Part shown: piece after piece, positions 9,775-19,243 of the stretch
Layout: the number at the start of each line of letters is the position of its first letter
Numbering within the stretch: the first letter of the stretch is position 1
Source of the DNA: Candidatus Woesearchaeota archaeon
Lineage (GTDB): Archaea > Nanobdellota > Nanobdellia > Woesearchaeales > JACPBV01
Direction of reading: 5' to 3'
Length of the DNA: 64,000 nt
NCBI GenBank assembly: GCA_019322475.1
Contig: JAHWIN010000011.1
Span: forward strand, 495-64,494
Translations under genes and position numbers: made by a program
The notes under the pieces: model-generated
The model's database searches: none
Seen by the model: only the letters and a program-made list of their open reading frames with translations
What the model was told of the DNA's origin: nothing

Positions 9775-10449
9775 TCATTTGGCTATAACATCACCCTCGA
9801 TGATCCTTGTCTTTTTTCCTTTCTTGTCCTTTATTATAAGAAAACAGTCTTTATCAACATCAGTTGCAGTCCCTCTATACGTTTTTCCTATGCTTCTGAC
9901 AACAACCTCAGAGCCTAAGAACGATCTTTTCTTCCACTCATTGATTATCTTATTGTATTTTTTATTTTTAAGTTTCTCAATGTAAGCCTCAAGATGCCTT
10001 AAAACCGCATTTATCAGCCGTTTATTGTCTACATCTTTTCCTATTATCTGGCTTAATGAAACCGCCTTATCCTTCAGGCTCTTGGGAATCTTGTTGTTTG
10101 TGTTTATCCCTATCCCCACTATCGCTTTATCACCTGCCTGTGTCAATATCCCGCATACCTTCTTTTTATTGTAGGTCAGGTCATTAGGCCACTTGATAAC
10201 GGTTTCTACCCTATAAGTATCTTTTATCGCATTGTATACGGACAACGCAGCAGCAAAAGTAAGATAACTCATTTCAAAAGGCTCAAGAACGATAGACATA
10301 TAGGCCCCTCCTCTTAAGGAGCTCCACCTCCTCTTAAATCTTCCCTTCCCTTTTGTCTGGGAGTCTGCTATTATCACCGAATTTACCTTAAACTCCCTGG
10401 CTTTTTCACTTGTAGATCGCAGTTCCTTAAAGTGGTAGGCCTTAAGCAT
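9775..10449 (-). CDS. birA: biotin--[acetyl-CoA-carboxylase] ligase (BirA, catalytic core without the HTH domain)
   Basis: 'GKGRFKRRWSS' matches the biotin-protein-ligase GRGRxGRxW motif. Its 3' end overlaps the biotin carboxylase gene. Confidence 0.75.
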   Translation of the reverse strand: MLKAYHFKELRSTSEKAREFKVNSVIIADSQTKGKGRFKRRWSSLRGGAYMSIVLEPFEMSYLTFAAALSVYNAIKDTYRVETVIKWPNDLTYNKKKVCGILTQAGDKAIVGIGINTNNKIPKSLKDKAVSLSQIIGKDVDNKRLINAVLRHLEAYIEKLKNKKYNKIINEWKKRSFLGSEVVVRSIGKTYRGTATDVDKDCFLIIKDKKGKKTRIIEGDVIAK

Positions 10450-12325
10450 TTTCTCCTGAATTTATCTGCTCCTGCCTCCCGGCCATAGCCCACGCCAAAG
10501 GCATACTCCCTTTCTTTCTCTTTTCCATATGCTGGGAAACAGCTGTGCTTATTATCAGCACCTTCTCTTTTTTGGTAAGGCTGTTTTTCCTTGGCTTCTC
10601 TTTTACAAGCTTCCCTATTATGCCATGCTTTTCTATGAAGCTTGTGGTTATATTGCCTTTGACAAAGCCCTTGCAGTTAAGCACAGCTTTATGGAAAGGG
10701 GCAGTCGTCTCTACGCCTTCTATCATGAACTCATCCAGTGCCCTCTTCATCCTGGCTATGGCTTCATTCCTGTTGGCGCCCTTGCACATTAGTTTAGCTA
10801 TCAAAGAATCATAATGGGGGCTTACAACATGCCCTGTATGGCATGAGCTGCATACCCTTATCCCTGGCCCTCCTGGAGGAAGATAGTTTGTTATTGTGCC
10901 TGTCTGCGGACAAAAATCCTTTGATGGGCACTCTGCATTTATCCTGCACTCTATAGCAGACCCATCTATTTTTATATCCTCCTGCCTGTATGCCAGTTCT
11001 GCGCCTGCAGCAATCTTTATCTGCTCCTTAAGAAGGTCAACACCGGTTATCATCTCAGTTATGCCGTGCTCTACCTGTATCCTTGTGTTCATCTCCATGA
11101 AATAAAAGTTATTCTTGTCGTCAAGAAGGAATTCAACAGTTCCAGCTCCCTCATATTTTACAGATTTCACTATCTGGGTTGCAGCCTTCCCTATGGTCTC
11201 CCTTAATTTTTTGTTTAGGGCAGGGGAAGGTGCCTCTTCTATCAGCTTTTGGTGCCTTCTCTGTATGCTGCAGTCCCTCTCCCCAAGGTGGATAACATTG
11301 CCATGGCTGTCTCCGAGTATCTGGAGTTCTATATGCCTTGGCTCTTCCATGTACTTTTCCATGTACAGCGAATTATCCCCGAAAGAGGCTTCAGCTTCTG
11401 ATCGTGCGCTCTTGAAAGCAGCAGCTATATCTTTTTCATTCCTGACAACCCTCATCCCTTTTCCACCCCCTCCCGATACAGCCTTGATTATAAGCGGATA
11501 ACCTATAATCTTGGCTGATTTTAATGCATCAGCCTCGTCTTTTAATGACCCTCTTCCCATGATAACAGGGATGCCTAGGCTTTTTATGGTCTCTTTTGCC
11601 CTGTCCTTATTGCCCATAAGCACTATTGACTTTGAGGAAGGCCCTACAAACTTGATCCTATTCTGCTCGCATATCCTTGCGAAATCGCTGTTTTCTGAAA
11701 GGAACCCGTATCCAGGATGTATTGCATCTGCATTTGCCTTTTTGGCTATCCTTATTATCCTTTTATAGTCCAGGTAAGAATTAGAGCCCTCCCCCACGCA
11801 ATATTTTTCATCTGCAAACCTTACTGCCAGGGTTTTCTTGTCCTGTTTTGAATATACCACAACTGTTTTTATGCCTAGTTCCCTGCATGCCCTCAGTATC
11901 CTTAATGCTATCTCGCCCCTGTTTGCTATAAGCACCTTCTTGAACAGCTTTTCCCTGCTTACCTTGGTATACTCCTTTTCCTCTTCTACATTGGTCAATC
12001 CTTTAGCGAGCATATCCAGGAAGGATTTGGATGATCTGTCTTTGATTATCTTGTTGATCTGGCTTTCAGTAAGGTTAGGGAGCTTTTTTGCAAAGTTCTT
12101 TGCTATAAGGTCCCCAAACCCGTTTATATCAGGATTATGCATCAGTTTTTCATCTTTCTCTAGGGTAACTAGATGTGATTTTATTATCTTCTCTATCTCA
12201 TTGCATATATAAGGGACCCTGTCGTGGGTTTTCTTAGCTACCCTTTTCAGAAAGCCATAGCTCTTTGCCATCGGCAGAAGCAGCTTGTTTACAGTATCTG
12301 CCACCCTTCTCTCTGTGCTTCCCAT
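10442..12325 (-). CDS. biotin carboxylase subunit (AccC/PycA-like, ATP-grasp)
   Basis: 'KVLIANRGEIALRILRACRELGI', 'GGGGKGMRVV', 'EMNTRIQVEH' and 'SPHYDSLIAKL' mark the biotin carboxylase domains. The tracked ORF adds a ~130-aa N-terminal stretch, so the true start may be an internal Met. Confidence 0.85.
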   Translation of the reverse strand: MGSTERRVADTVNKLLLPMAKSYGFLKRVAKKTHDRVPYICNEIEKIIKSHLVTLEKDEKLMHNPDINGFGDLIAKNFAKKLPNLTESQINKIIKDRSSKSFLDMLAKGLTNVEEEKEYTKVSREKLFKKVLIANRGEIALRILRACRELGIKTVVVYSKQDKKTLAVRFADEKYCVGEGSNSYLDYKRIIRIAKKANADAIHPGYGFLSENSDFARICEQNRIKFVGPSSKSIVLMGNKDRAKETIKSLGIPVIMGRGSLKDEADALKSAKIIGYPLIIKAVSGGGGKGMRVVRNEKDIAAAFKSARSEAEASFGDNSLYMEKYMEEPRHIELQILGDSHGNVIHLGERDCSIQRRHQKLIEEAPSPALNKKLRETIGKAATQIVKSVKYEGAGTVEFLLDDKNNFYFMEMNTRIQVEHGITEMITGVDLLKEQIKIAAGAELAYRQEDIKIDGSAIECRINAECPSKDFCPQTGTITNYLPPGGPGIRVCSSCHTGHVVSPHYDSLIAKLMCKGANRNEAIARMKRALDEFMIEGVETTAPFHKAVLNCKGFVKGNITTSFIEKHGIIGKLVKEKPRKNSLTKKEKVLIISTAVSQHMEKRKKGSMPLAWAMAGRQEQINSGENA

Positions 12326-12558
12326 ATTAGGATATAGTTGGTTTTTTCTTTAAAAATGTTGGTTTTTTCTAAGGGCTCTTATCAAACAGCAGGGGGCCTC
12401 AACTTGCCATTTATCCAAAATGTAGCTTATTTGCCCCATACCCCCTCCAAAAACCGCCACATTTAAATAGCCATAATAATTCTTGACCCCCAGTATACAG
12501 AAAATTCGAATTCTGTACGAGTTGGAAGTATAACTAAACTAAAAGGTGAATATATAAG

Positions 12559-12741
12559 ATGGGATTTGAAAGCAGTTTTGGAGAAAGAGAGATGCACAAG
12601 GCAACATGTGCAGATTGTGGTAATGAATGTGAGGTTCCTTTCAAGCCAACAGAAGGCAGGCCTGTATATTGCAGGGAATGCTACCAGAAGCACAGGAAGC
12701 CAAGGTCAGGCGGAAGAGGCGGATTCAAGCCTAGGTTTTGA
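12559..12741 (+). CDS. small zinc-ribbon protein with a C-terminal RGG/basic tail
   Basis: CADCG...CRECY is a four-cysteine ribbon followed by 'RSGGRGGFKPRF'. It lies upstream of the acdh-etfBA genes on the same strand. Confidence 0.45.
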   Translation: MGFESSFGEREMHKATCADCGNECEVPFKPTEGRPVYCRECYQKHRKPRSGGRGGFKPRF

Positions 12742-12836
12742 TCATTCTGTTTCTTTTTTATATTTTTTAAAATTTTTTAAGAGCAATCTTTATAAATCAC
12801 TATGGATTTCTTGTTTTTCAAGGGGGATGTTTTTCG

Positions 12837-13991
12837 ATGGATTTTACATTTACGCCAGAGCAGTCAGCTATAAAGAAGATGATCACAGAGTTTGTAGACT
12901 CTGAAGTCAAGCCTTATGCAGATGATGCAGATAAGGAAGAGATATTCCCTGAAGAGCAGATAGGCAAGCTGGCTAAGCTCGGAATCATGGGCATGTCTAT
13001 ACCTAAGAAGTATGGCGGGACCGAGCTGGATAATGTTTCTCAGACTATAATAATGGAAGAGGTCAGCAGGGGCTGCAGCGCAACAGCAGTCACTATGGGC
13101 GCACATTCAAGTCTTGCATGCCATCCTATAGTCAATTTTGGCACTGAAGAACAGAAAAAAAGGTTTCTGCCAAAACTCGCTTCTGGGGAATATTTAGGTG
13201 CATTTGCCCTTACAGAGCCCAATGCAGGAAGCGACGCAGTCAATGTCCAGACTACCGCAGTTCGTGAAAAAGATAATTACATAATAAACGGAAATAAGAT
13301 CTTCATTACAAACGGCGGTAAAGCAGACCTCATAAACATAGTGGCTACGACCGACAGGGGCAAAAAGCACCATGGCCTGAGCATATTTGCTGTAGAGGCA
13401 AAAAAGGCTAAGGGATTCAGCCTCGGCAAAAAAGAGGATAAGCTTGGCCTGAGGGGCTCCAATACCCAGGAGCTCGTCTTTGAGGATATGGAGATCCCAA
13501 AGGAAAACCTTATTGGGGGTATTGAAGGTGAGGGGTTTAAGATAGCTATGAGCGTTTTCAACTCAGGGAGGATAGGCATAGGCGTCCAGGGAGTTGGCAT
13601 TGCCCAGGCTGCTTTTGACGAAGCCTTGAGGTATGTCCAGGAGAGGGAGCAGTTCGGCAGGAAGCTCCATAAGTTCCAGGCTTTGCAGTTCATGCTTTCA
13701 GATATGGCAGTTAGGATAGATGCTGCAAGGCTTTTGTGCTATAGGGCAGCGCATACTAAAGATAAGGGAAAAAGGTATGTAAAAGATGCTGCTATGGCAA
13801 AGGTGTATGGCTCAGAGACAGCCATGGATGTGGCAAGAAAAGCCCTACAGATACACGGCGGCTACGGCTATATCAAGGATTACCCTCTGGAAAGGTTTTA
13901 CAGGGACGCCAAGATAACAGAGATCTATGAGGGCACGTCTGAAGTGCAGAGGCTCGTTATAGCAGCAGAGCTTTTAGGCAGGGGCTTTTGA
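12837..13991 (+). CDS. acyl-CoA dehydrogenase (short/medium-chain type)
   Basis: Full-length ACAD fold. The C-terminal '[13 protein letters not shown]' contains the catalytic-Glu signature. Confidence 0.85.
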   Translation: MDFTFTPEQSAIKKMITEFVDSEVKPYADDADKEEIFPEEQIGKLAKLGIMGMSIPKKYGGTELDNVSQTIIMEEVSRGCSATAVTMGAHSSLACHPIVNFGTEEQKKRFLPKLASGEYLGAFALTEPNAGSDAVNVQTTAVREKDNYIINGNKIFITNGGKADLINIVATTDRGKKHHGLSIFAVEAKKAKGFSLGKKEDKLGLRGSNTQELVFEDMEIPKENLIGGIEGEGFKIAMSVFNSGRIGIGVQGVGIAQAAFDEALRYVQEREQFGRKLHKFQALQFMLSDMAVRIDAARLLCYRAAHTKDKGKRYVKDAAMAKVYGSETAMDVARKALQIHGGYGYIKDYPLERFYRDAKITEIYEGTSEVQRLVIAAELLGRGF

Positions 13992-14061
13992 ATAAACGAA
14001 AAGAGATAACATCTGGGCTATACCAGAACTATAAGATTAGAGGATCAGGCACACGATCAAA

Positions 14062-14856
14062 ATGAAAATAATAGTATGTATCAAGCAGGTTCCTGACACT
14101 AATAAGGTAAAGATAAACCCTAAGACAGGAACATTGGTCAGGGAAGGGGTCAAGGCGATAATGAACCCCGAGGATAAGCATGCTTTGATAGAGGCAGTAA
14201 GGATAAAGAAGGATCATGGCGCTAAGGTGGCTGCCCTTTCTATGGGCCCCCCTCAGGCAGAAGATGTATTGAGGGAAGCATTGGCCCTGGGTGCAGACGA
14301 AGCCATATTATTGTGCGATAGGGCATTTGCAGGCTCAGACACATGGGCAACAGCAAATGCCATAGGTGCAGCTGTAAGGTCTATCGGGGATTGTAGCTTA
14401 TTGTTGTTTGGAAGGCAGGCTATAGACGGAGACACAGCCCAGGTTGGCCCCCAGGTAGCAGAGTTTCTTAACATGCCTCAGATAACATATGCCCGGAAGA
14501 TAGAGATTATCGGTGATAAGGTGAGGGTTGAAAGGCAGATGGAAGACGGCTACGAGATAATAGAGTCAAAGATGCCCTGCCTTATAACCTGCATGGAAGA
14601 GCTAAACAAGATGGAATATCCTTCTTTGGGCGGCATAAGGGAAGCATATATGGAAAAAAAGGTAAATGTTCTTGGGATGAAAGACATAGGTGCGGACAGC
14701 TCAACTGTAGGGCTGCTAAGCTCTCCCACCTCTGTAAAAAGATCATTCACCCCTCCGCCAAAAGGCAGCGGCCAGATGATAAAAGGCTCTGCCAAAGAGG
14801 CTGCAGATAAGATAGTTTCTTTATTGAAAGAGAAAGAGATGGTAGGTGCATTCTGA
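14062..14856 (+). CDS. etfB: electron transfer flavoprotein, beta subunit
   Basis: 'MKIIVCIKQVPD' is the EtfB N-terminal signature, and the gene is ATGA-coupled to etfA. Confidence 0.8.
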   Translation: MKIIVCIKQVPDTNKVKINPKTGTLVREGVKAIMNPEDKHALIEAVRIKKDHGAKVAALSMGPPQAEDVLREALALGADEAILLCDRAFAGSDTWATANAIGAAVRSIGDCSLLLFGRQAIDGDTAQVGPQVAEFLNMPQITYARKIEIIGDKVRVERQMEDGYEIIESKMPCLITCMEELNKMEYPSLGGIREAYMEKKVNVLGMKDIGADSSTVGLLSSPTSVKRSFTPPPKGSGQMIKGSAKEAADKIVSLLKEKEMVGAF

Positions 14857-16028
14857 TGGTAAAGGCAAGGCTGTCTATGAACTGCCCTGAAACCCAGCTT
14901 AACCTGGGAGGCATAGTCTTGATAAAGGGAAATGATTTTGAGGACATCCCTGATCTGCCTGAGGTTCAGCAGGCCATAGCTAATGGCTATTTAGAGGTCC
15001 TTGCTGAAAAGAAGAAAGAGGGACCCAAGGAAAAAAAAGAAGGCAGCGAGATCCTGGTATTTGCAGAGCAAAGGAACGGCAGGATAGCAAGAGTAGTCTT
15101 TGAGCTTTTGGGAAAAGCAGGGGAATTGGCAGATAAGTTAGGGGTAAATACAGCAGCCATACTTTTGGCAGATAAGGATGATGGCTTAAGCAAAGAGATC
15201 ATAAGTTACGGAGCAGATAAGGTTTATCTTGCTCGATCACCTTTATTAAAAGACTACCAGACAGGCTTATATGCAAAATCAATATCAAAACATATACAGG
15301 ATACAAAGCCCCAGATAGTCCTTTATGGAGCGACACACATAGGAAGGGATTTGGCCCCCAGGATAGCCCAAAGGCTCGGCACAGGATTGACAGCAGACTG
15401 TACAGATCTGAGCATCACTGATGAGGGTTTGTTGTTGCAGACAAGGCCCGCATTTGGGGGAAACCTTATGGCTCAGATAATATGCAAAAAGCACAGGCCC
15501 CAGATGTCCACAGTAAGGCCGGGAGTCATGAAGATAAAGGAAAAGGATGAAAGCAGAAAAGGGGAGGTGGTAGCTATAACTCCAGATATCTCTGAAAAAG
15601 ACAGGCTCACAACTCTTGTAAAGGTGATAAAAGAGGCAAAAAAGAAAGTAAACCTTGAGGAAGCTGATATTATAGTTGCTGGAGGCAGGGGCCTTGGAAA
15701 AAAGGAAAATTTTAAGCTTATAACTGATCTTGCAGCCATTCTTAATGCAGAGGTTGGAGCTTCAAGAGCTGCTGTAGATTCAGGCTGGATATCCAAAGAC
15801 CACCAGGTTGGGCAGACCGGAAAGACAGTACGGCCTAAGCTCTATATTGCAGTAGGCATCTCAGGAGCTATCCAGCACAAGGCTGGGATGCAGGACTCCA
15901 GTTTGATAATAGCAATAAACAAGGATTCAGAAGCACCTATATTCGAGGTGGCAGATTACGGGATAGTTGGGGATCTGTTCCAGGTAGTTCCAGAGGTCAT
16001 AAGCAGGCTGAAGCAGGAAAAAGTGTAA
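14856..16028 (+). CDS. etfA: electron transfer flavoprotein, alpha subunit (with a ~65-aa N-terminal extension)
   Basis: 'ILVFAEQRNG' and the FAD-binding 'GISGAIQHKAGM' segment are EtfA hallmarks. The start codon overlaps the etfB stop. Confidence 0.8.
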   Translation: MVKARLSMNCPETQLNLGGIVLIKGNDFEDIPDLPEVQQAIANGYLEVLAEKKKEGPKEKKEGSEILVFAEQRNGRIARVVFELLGKAGELADKLGVNTAAILLADKDDGLSKEIISYGADKVYLARSPLLKDYQTGLYAKSISKHIQDTKPQIVLYGATHIGRDLAPRIAQRLGTGLTADCTDLSITDEGLLLQTRPAFGGNLMAQIICKKHRPQMSTVRPGVMKIKEKDESRKGEVVAITPDISEKDRLTTLVKVIKEAKKKVNLEEADIIVAGGRGLGKKENFKLITDLAAILNAEVGASRAAVDSGWISKDHQVGQTGKTVRPKLYIAVGISGAIQHKAGMQDSSLIIAINKDSEAPIFEVADYGIVGDLFQVVPEVISRLKQEKV

Positions 16029-16125
16029 GCTGATTCTTTATATGATGTCGTTTCTAAAAGTGATATTCTAAAGTACCAGTCCAGTGATAAGTGCTTCTAT
16101 AGTACAGTAGCACCCTGTTTGCCGC

Positions 16126-16893
16126 GTGCGGCATACAGAGTGCCACCGTACTGCTATAATCTCTGGATGTTATCCTGCCTATATGCTTAAAAGCCAAATA
16201 ACCATAAGTTTTATAATGAAAATAAGCTTTTCTAACATTATGATTCATCCTATACAGAGGCTTATAGTCCCCCCTTTATTGAAATTGGTGTGGGTAAAGG
16301 AGATAAAAGGCATAGAGAACATTCCAAGGGATGGGCTTTTTGTGGTTACGCCTAATCATCAGAGCTTTTTCGATGACTGGCTTGTCCCAAGCATAATCAT
16401 GCCTTATCTAGGCAAAGAGCTCCATATGTATGTAAACAGGAACTATTTTAAGAACAGGCTCTTTAGGATGTACTGTAACCACCATAAGTGTATCCCTGTT
16501 GAGGTTCATGAAAGCAGGGATAAAAAAGAGCTTAATGAAGCAGCGTTCCAGAAAGCCCTGTACTACTTAAGAAAAAAAGAGCCGATATGCATATATCCTG
16601 AAGGCCACAGGAGCTTTGATGGAGAGCTGCAAAAGGCAAAAGTAGGTGCTGCAAGGCTGGCGATAGCTGCTAAGGTTCCTGTGCTGCCTGTAGGAATATC
16701 AGGGTCAAGAGAGGTTTTGCCTAAAGACAAGTCATTCCCCTCCCTTAAAAGAAAGATCAGCATAATCATAGGAAAGCCGATACAATTAAATAACTATTAT
16801 GGCCACGAGGATGATAGAATGGCTTTAAAGGAAGCAACAGCCTTGATCATGAAAGAGATAGCAGGATTGATAGGCAAGGAGTATAATTATTAA
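16126..16893 (+). CDS. PlsC-family lysophospholipid/1-acyl-sn-glycerol-3-phosphate acyltransferase
   Basis: HX4D acyltransferase motif 'NHQSFFDDW' and 'YPEGHRS' block. The true start is probably the internal Met near 'MKISFSN'. Confidence 0.65.
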   Translation: MRHTECHRTAIISGCYPAYMLKSQITISFIMKISFSNIMIHPIQRLIVPPLLKLVWVKEIKGIENIPRDGLFVVTPNHQSFFDDWLVPSIIMPYLGKELHMYVNRNYFKNRLFRMYCNHHKCIPVEVHESRDKKELNEAAFQKALYYLRKKEPICIYPEGHRSFDGELQKAKVGAARLAIAAKVPVLPVGISGSREVLPKDKSFPSLKRKISIIIGKPIQLNNYYGHEDDRMALKEATALIMKEIAGLIGKEYNY

Positions 16894-16894
16894 G

Positions 16895-17527
16895 ATGGAC
16901 TACCCTATATGGGGGCGTATAATCCCCCCAGTCATTGGATTATGGATAAAAAAGATAAATGGGCTAGAGAACATACCAAAAACAGGAGGCCTTGTAGTAT
17001 CTGCTAATCATTCAAGCTACCTTGACCATCTGATGATATCTTCCATAGTCGTTAAGTATTCAGGAAGGAAGATCCATTACCTTGCAAAGAAAGAGCACTT
17101 CGAAAAATTTTTCCAGAGGCTTTGGCATAAGAATGTCGGAGCAATCCCGATAGATCGCCAGTCAGGAGGCAAAGAGGCATTAAATACCGCAGTTAAATAT
17201 TTAAATGATGGAAAGATAATAGGGGTATATCCTGAAGGGACAAGGACGCTTACAGGAAAGCTTCAAAGGGCAAGGACCGGGGCTGCCAGGCTTGCCTTAG
17301 CAGCTAAGGTTCCTGTTTTGCCTATAGGCCTTATAGGTACATTTGATATAATGCCCAAAGGCCAGCACTACCCTAAGATGAAAAGGGCAGTAGTAAATAT
17401 CGGAAAGCCCCTTTATTTTAAGGAGTATTATGGAAAAGAAGAGGATAAGGCGATAATAAGGTTGGTGACCACTAAGATAATGAGGGAGATTGCCTCATTA
17501 TGCGGGCAAAGATATGAGTTTGATTAA
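16895..17527 (+). CDS. PlsC-family 1-acyl-sn-glycerol-3-phosphate acyltransferase (second paralogue)
   Basis: 'NHSSYLDHL' (HX4D), 'YPEGTRT' and 'PVLPIG' acyltransferase blocks. Confidence 0.7.
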   Translation: MDYPIWGRIIPPVIGLWIKKINGLENIPKTGGLVVSANHSSYLDHLMISSIVVKYSGRKIHYLAKKEHFEKFFQRLWHKNVGAIPIDRQSGGKEALNTAVKYLNDGKIIGVYPEGTRTLTGKLQRARTGAARLALAAKVPVLPIGLIGTFDIMPKGQHYPKMKRAVVNIGKPLYFKEYYGKEEDKAIIRLVTTKIMREIASLCGQRYEFD

Positions 17528-17528
17528 G

Positions 17529-18503
17529 ATGAAAATAGCGGTTATAGGTGCAGGAGGATGGGGAACGACCCTCGCCAATCTTTTGGCTGAAAAGAACAAG
17601 GATGTTACCCTGTGGGCTCTTGAAAAAGAGGTAGTTGACGAGATAAGCTCTAAAAGGGAAAATTCACGGTTTCTACCGGGAATAAAGCTTCTTGGAAACA
17701 TCACCCCAACAAATGATCTGGAAGATGCCGTTACTGATAAGGATTTTATCATAACTGCAATACCCTCTTCATTCATTAGGGGGATGGCAAAAGAGATGTC
17801 CCGGTTTATCAGCCCGGATACTATTGTAATATCTGTGACAAAAGGCCTCGAAGACATGACATTCAAGAGGATGTCAGAGATCCTGGAAGACGAATTAAAA
17901 AACAGGGTAATCGCATTGTCCGGCCCCAATCACGCAGAGGAGGTCAGCAGGAAGATACCTACAGCGACAGTCATAGCATCCAAACATTCAGGCATCCTTC
18001 CTAAGGCCAAGGCAGTCCTGGAAACCCCTTATTTTAAGGTTTACCCTCATGACGATGTCGTAGGGATAGAGATATGCGGCGCAGTCAAGAATATAACTGC
18101 TATAGCCATAGGCGTTTGTGATGCCCTTAAATTAGGCGACAATGCAAAAGCGTCTATAATAACATTGGGCCTTACCGAGATGAGCCGGGTAGGAAGATTT
18201 TTTGGGGCAAAAAGGGCAACATTCTACGGCTTAGCCGGAGTAGGCGACCTTATAGCTACATGCACCTCAAAGCATTCCCGGAATAGGTTTGTAGGGGAAA
18301 GGATTGCAGAGGGAAAATCATTTGAAGATATAAGGGAAGAGATGCACGGAATGGTTGCAGAAGGAATAAGGGCAGCAAAGTCTGTTTATGATCTGGCAAA
18401 AAAAGAGGACATAGACCTCCCTTTGACAACCCAGGTCTATAAGGTCCTCTATGAGAAAAAAGACCTGAAAAAAGCCATAAACGACCTTATTACCCTCATC
18501 TGA
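17529..18503 (+). CDS. gpsA: NAD(P)H-dependent glycerol-3-phosphate dehydrogenase (GpsA; makes the bacterial-type sn-G3P backbone)
   Basis: 'MKIAVIGAGGWGTTLANLL' is the GpsA Rossmann signature and the protein is GpsA-like throughout. Start placed at ATG 17529; the tracked ORF begins at 17490. Confidence 0.8.
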   Translation: MKIAVIGAGGWGTTLANLLAEKNKDVTLWALEKEVVDEISSKRENSRFLPGIKLLGNITPTNDLEDAVTDKDFIITAIPSSFIRGMAKEMSRFISPDTIVISVTKGLEDMTFKRMSEILEDELKNRVIALSGPNHAEEVSRKIPTATVIASKHSGILPKAKAVLETPYFKVYPHDDVVGIEICGAVKNITAIAIGVCDALKLGDNAKASIITLGLTEMSRVGRFFGAKRATFYGLAGVGDLIATCTSKHSRNRFVGERIAEGKSFEDIREEMHGMVAEGIRAAKSVYDLAKKEDIDLPLTTQVYKVLYEKKDLKKAINDLITLI

Positions 18504-18518
18504 ACAGCTTTAATGGTT

Positions 18519-19121
18519 TTACTCCTCTGTAAAATCCTCGATATTCTCTTTGAATTCGCTGTCCTTTTTTATTATTCCTCTTCCTTTCAGGTATTCCCTT
18601 GCAAGTATATAGAATATCAGGCCAAGGCTTTTCTTCCCCTTGTTGTTGCACGGAACGACTAAGTCTATATTGTTTGACTGGTTGTTAGTATCGCACAATG
18701 CTACGATAGGGATCCCTATCTTGTTTCCGTCTATTATTGCATTCCTGTCAGGCCATGAATCTGTGGCAAAAAGTATCTTGGATTCGGAATATATGTCCAA
18801 TGCAGGATTTGTAAGCATCCCTGGCGGGTATCTCCCTGTTATTATCTTTATGCCTGTAGCCTTTCCAAACGCCTTTATAGATTTCCAAGCATTCTCTCTC
18901 CTGCTCACTACAACGATATCCTCCGGAGCGTATTGCGAAAGGAAATTAGCTGCTATCCTTATCCTCTCATCTATCCTGCTTAGGTTCAGTATGCTCAGCC
19001 CGTCAGGCCTAGTCTTGTAGATGAACTGTTCCATATAGCGTGTCTTGAATTTTGTTCCTATGTGGATTCCTGACTTAAGGTACTGGTCCTGAGGTATTAA
19101 AAGCTGCTTTTGTTCTGCCAT
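18519..19121 (-). CDS. rps2: ribosomal protein uS2
   Basis: 'LLIPQDQYLKSGIHIGT' and 'DLVVPCNNKGKKSLGLIFYILARE' are S2 signatures. Confidence 0.85.
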   Translation of the reverse strand: MAEQKQLLIPQDQYLKSGIHIGTKFKTRYMEQFIYKTRPDGLSILNLSRIDERIRIAANFLSQYAPEDIVVVSRRENAWKSIKAFGKATGIKIITGRYPPGMLTNPALDIYSESKILFATDSWPDRNAIIDGNKIGIPIVALCDTNNQSNNIDLVVPCNNKGKKSLGLIFYILAREYLKGRGIIKKDSEFKENIEDFTEE

Positions 19122-19243
19122 CGTATTATCCTCCTATATGTTGGCTGCGCTTCTTTATAACCCAAGCGCATCTTTGTTTTAGCCATAGCCGGCTGAAACT
19201 TAGGTATTGCTATATAGGATTCTATCTTTGTTTAAAAACCTTG

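Noticed and set aside
10442-12325. An extra N-terminal domain (~130 aa) on the biotin carboxylase
   Set aside because: It cannot be separated from an ORF-calling artefact. The conserved BC domain starts at 'KVLIANRGE' and an internal Met (MLAKGL...) would give a conventional length, so it is noted but not called as a separate domain.
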